Source: a virus. Taken from it: a stretch of DNA of 31,981 bases. Position 1 is the stretch's first letter; each line of letters opens with the position of its first letter. Below, piece by piece: positions 31,715 to 31,981 of this stretch. The position numbers and the translations under genes are program-made. The notes under the pieces were generated by a model, which saw nothing but the letters and a program-made list of their open reading frames with translations, was not told the origin of the DNA and ran no database searches. The DNA lies in the IMG/VR virus record IMGVR_UViG_3300029947_000025, positions 1 to 31,981 of that record. One strand, given 5' to 3'.

Positions 31715-31981
31715 ATGAGACTGAAATTCACGATAAGAAACAGTAGCCGTTATGCGCGGATGCTCGAGACGCTGGAGCCGTGGGCACTACTGGATGCGCT
31801 GCGGTGGGGTGTAGGCATGCGTCAGGTGGCGAGTACGGATATGGTCAATACCGATGTGTGTACGCGTACAGAAGACACGTTGCGGCTGTCTGAGTACGAG
31901 CGCGAACGTGCGATGCATGTGCCGACAGTGGAGGTGCGCGTACAAGGACCTGTGAGCCTGATAGTGTTCGAGTGGGCGGAC
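31715..31981 (+). CDS. Hypothetical protein; the ORF wraps the circular junction and ends at 138 (TGA 136-138)
   Basis: ATG at 31715, with 89 codons to the window end and no stop. Positions 1..99 duplicate its last 33 codons. It continues in frame as AAT GCC ... GGA TGA at 100-138, giving ~101 aa. It overlaps the primase start at 101. Confidence 0.5.
   Translation, partial: MRLKFTIRNSSRYARMLETLEPWALLDALRWGVGMRQVASTDMVNTDVCTRTEDTLRLSEYERERAMHVPTVEVRVQGPVSLIVFEWAD
31883..31981. repeat. Terminal overlap, right copy (identical to 1..99)
   Basis: Same 99-nt string as 1..99. Confidence 0.95.

Larger units (their letters stand above)
1..31981. mobile_element. Complete temperate tailed-phage genome (HK97-type head, non-contractile-tail gene order), circularly closed in this window
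   Basis: The set is complete: integrase+attP, CI repressor/operators, replication module, HNH+TerS+TerL, portal, protease, capsid, connectors, tail, lysis cassette. The ends overlap by 99 identical nt. Confidence 0.9.

Overview
The window is a complete temperate tailed-phage genome. The first 99 nt are identical to the last 99 nt, so the molecule closes on itself with 31,882 bp of unique sequence. An ORF that runs off the 3' end continues in frame at position 100.

Nearly all genes are on the + strand. In wrap-around order they are:
- divergent CI-type repressor (- strand) and an operator/promoter switch
- small early genes: HTH regulator, excisionase-like HTH, small membrane protein, AP2-like protein
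- a ~730-nt ORF-free, highly structured tract
- replication/recombination module: DUF2800-type PD-(D/E)xK nuclease, DUF2815-type SSB-like protein, small ORF, AEP-primase/VirE helicase, iteron and AT-rich origin-like region, VRR-NUC, SNF2 helicase
- RHH protein, HNH endonuclease, intrinsic terminator
- HK97-type packaging and head module: P27 small terminase, large terminase, portal, prohead protease, major capsid
- head-tail connectors, major tail protein, tail chaperone with an A_AAA_AAG -1 frameshift
- an orphan Dam-like methyltransferase and an AT-rich antisense island inserted ahead of the tape measure
- tape measure, tail tip and fibre genes
- holin, M15 endolysin and a unimolecular-spanin-like protein
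- an XRE-domain accessory gene with its own promoter and terminator
- tyrosine integrase (- strand) and an attP carrying the 3' part of tRNA-Gly(CCC)

A Bacteroidota host is suggested by the TTTG/TAnnTTTG promoter boxes, the absence of Shine-Dalgarno sequences and the integrase N-terminus. This is inference only.

Observations worth follow-up:
1. The 730-nt ORF-free structured tract, which has a tRNA/tmRNA-like T-arm (candidate large ncRNA).
2. A dispersed AT-rich motif family (ATGGGAATAATG / AAGAAYAATGGGAAY) that recurs at gene junctions.
3. A u-spanin-like lysis protein with a Cys/Ala-alternating N-terminus.
4. A tail fibre with 19 tandem 18-bp (hexapeptide A-D-H-A-T-x) repeats.
5. A methyltransferase carrying 9-bp tandem repeats, placed inside the tail operon.
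6. A CI repressor with a duplicated acidic/proline-rich C-terminal tail.

All functional calls rest on motif recognition by eye. No database search was possible.
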